Assembly (NCBI RefSeq): GCF_004010195.1
Contig: NC_057719.1
Span: 2,883,735 to 2,947,734, forward strand
DNA length: 64,000 bases
From: Chiloscyllium plagiosum
Lineage: Eukaryota
Direction of reading: 5' to 3'
Part shown: positions 63,723-64,000 of the stretch, in pieces
Layout: each line of letters opens with the position of its first letter
Numbering within the stretch: position 1 is the first letter of the stretch
Made by a program: the position numbers and the translations under genes
Notes under the pieces: generated by a model
Seen by the model: the letters and a program-made list of their open reading frames with translations, nothing else
Databases searched by the model: none
What the model was told of the DNA's origin: nothing

Positions 63723-64000
63723 GTTAAAAATCACACAACACCAGGTTATAGTCCAACAAGTTTACTTGGAAGCACTAGCTTTCAGAGTGCTACTCCTTCA
63801 TCAGGTGATTGTGGAGAATAAGATTGCAAGACACAGAACTTATAGCAAAAATTTACAATGTGATGTAACTGAAATTACGTATTGAAAAAGACCTGGTTTA
63901 TTAAGTCTCTCATTTTTGGAATGACCATGTTGGTTTCAGTTCTTTCATATGTAAATCACAAAATCTTTTTTAAAAGTTACATTCTCAAGTGGACTTTAAC
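63723..64000 (-). mobile_element. Penelope terminal repeat
   Basis: Reverse complement of 27350-27770; intact hammerhead core at 63773-63807. Confidence 0.88.

Overview
Eukaryotic, repeat-dense genomic DNA, very probably from a shark or other elasmobranch: it carries HE1/V-SINEs, CR1/HER1-type LINEs, DeuSINE (SacSINE1-like) copies and Penelope elements. There are two N gaps (~56417-56984, ~61735-62501). No prokaryotic features are present. The only clear host-gene architecture is a CpG island at ~31.3-32.1 kb that looks like a bidirectional promoter. To its left is a minus-strand spliced gene (first exon ending 31493, 24-nt micro-exon 12686-12709, 114-nt exon 12457-12570) encoding an unidentified, mitochondrial-presequence-like N-terminus. 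To its right is a chain of exon-like but stop-riddled segments (decayed pseudogene or lncRNA). The rest is mostly nested transposon debris: CR1, an older LINE, a Rex1-like LINE, Gypsy remnants, solo LTRs, Tigger and Tc2-like DNA elements. The most notable signal is a set of minimal hammerhead-ribozyme motifs in four Penelope-related terminal-repeat families, including short palindromic non-autonomous copies, found almost only on one side of the promoter. Family assignments come from motif recognition, not database searches, and repeat boundaries are approximate (tens of bp).
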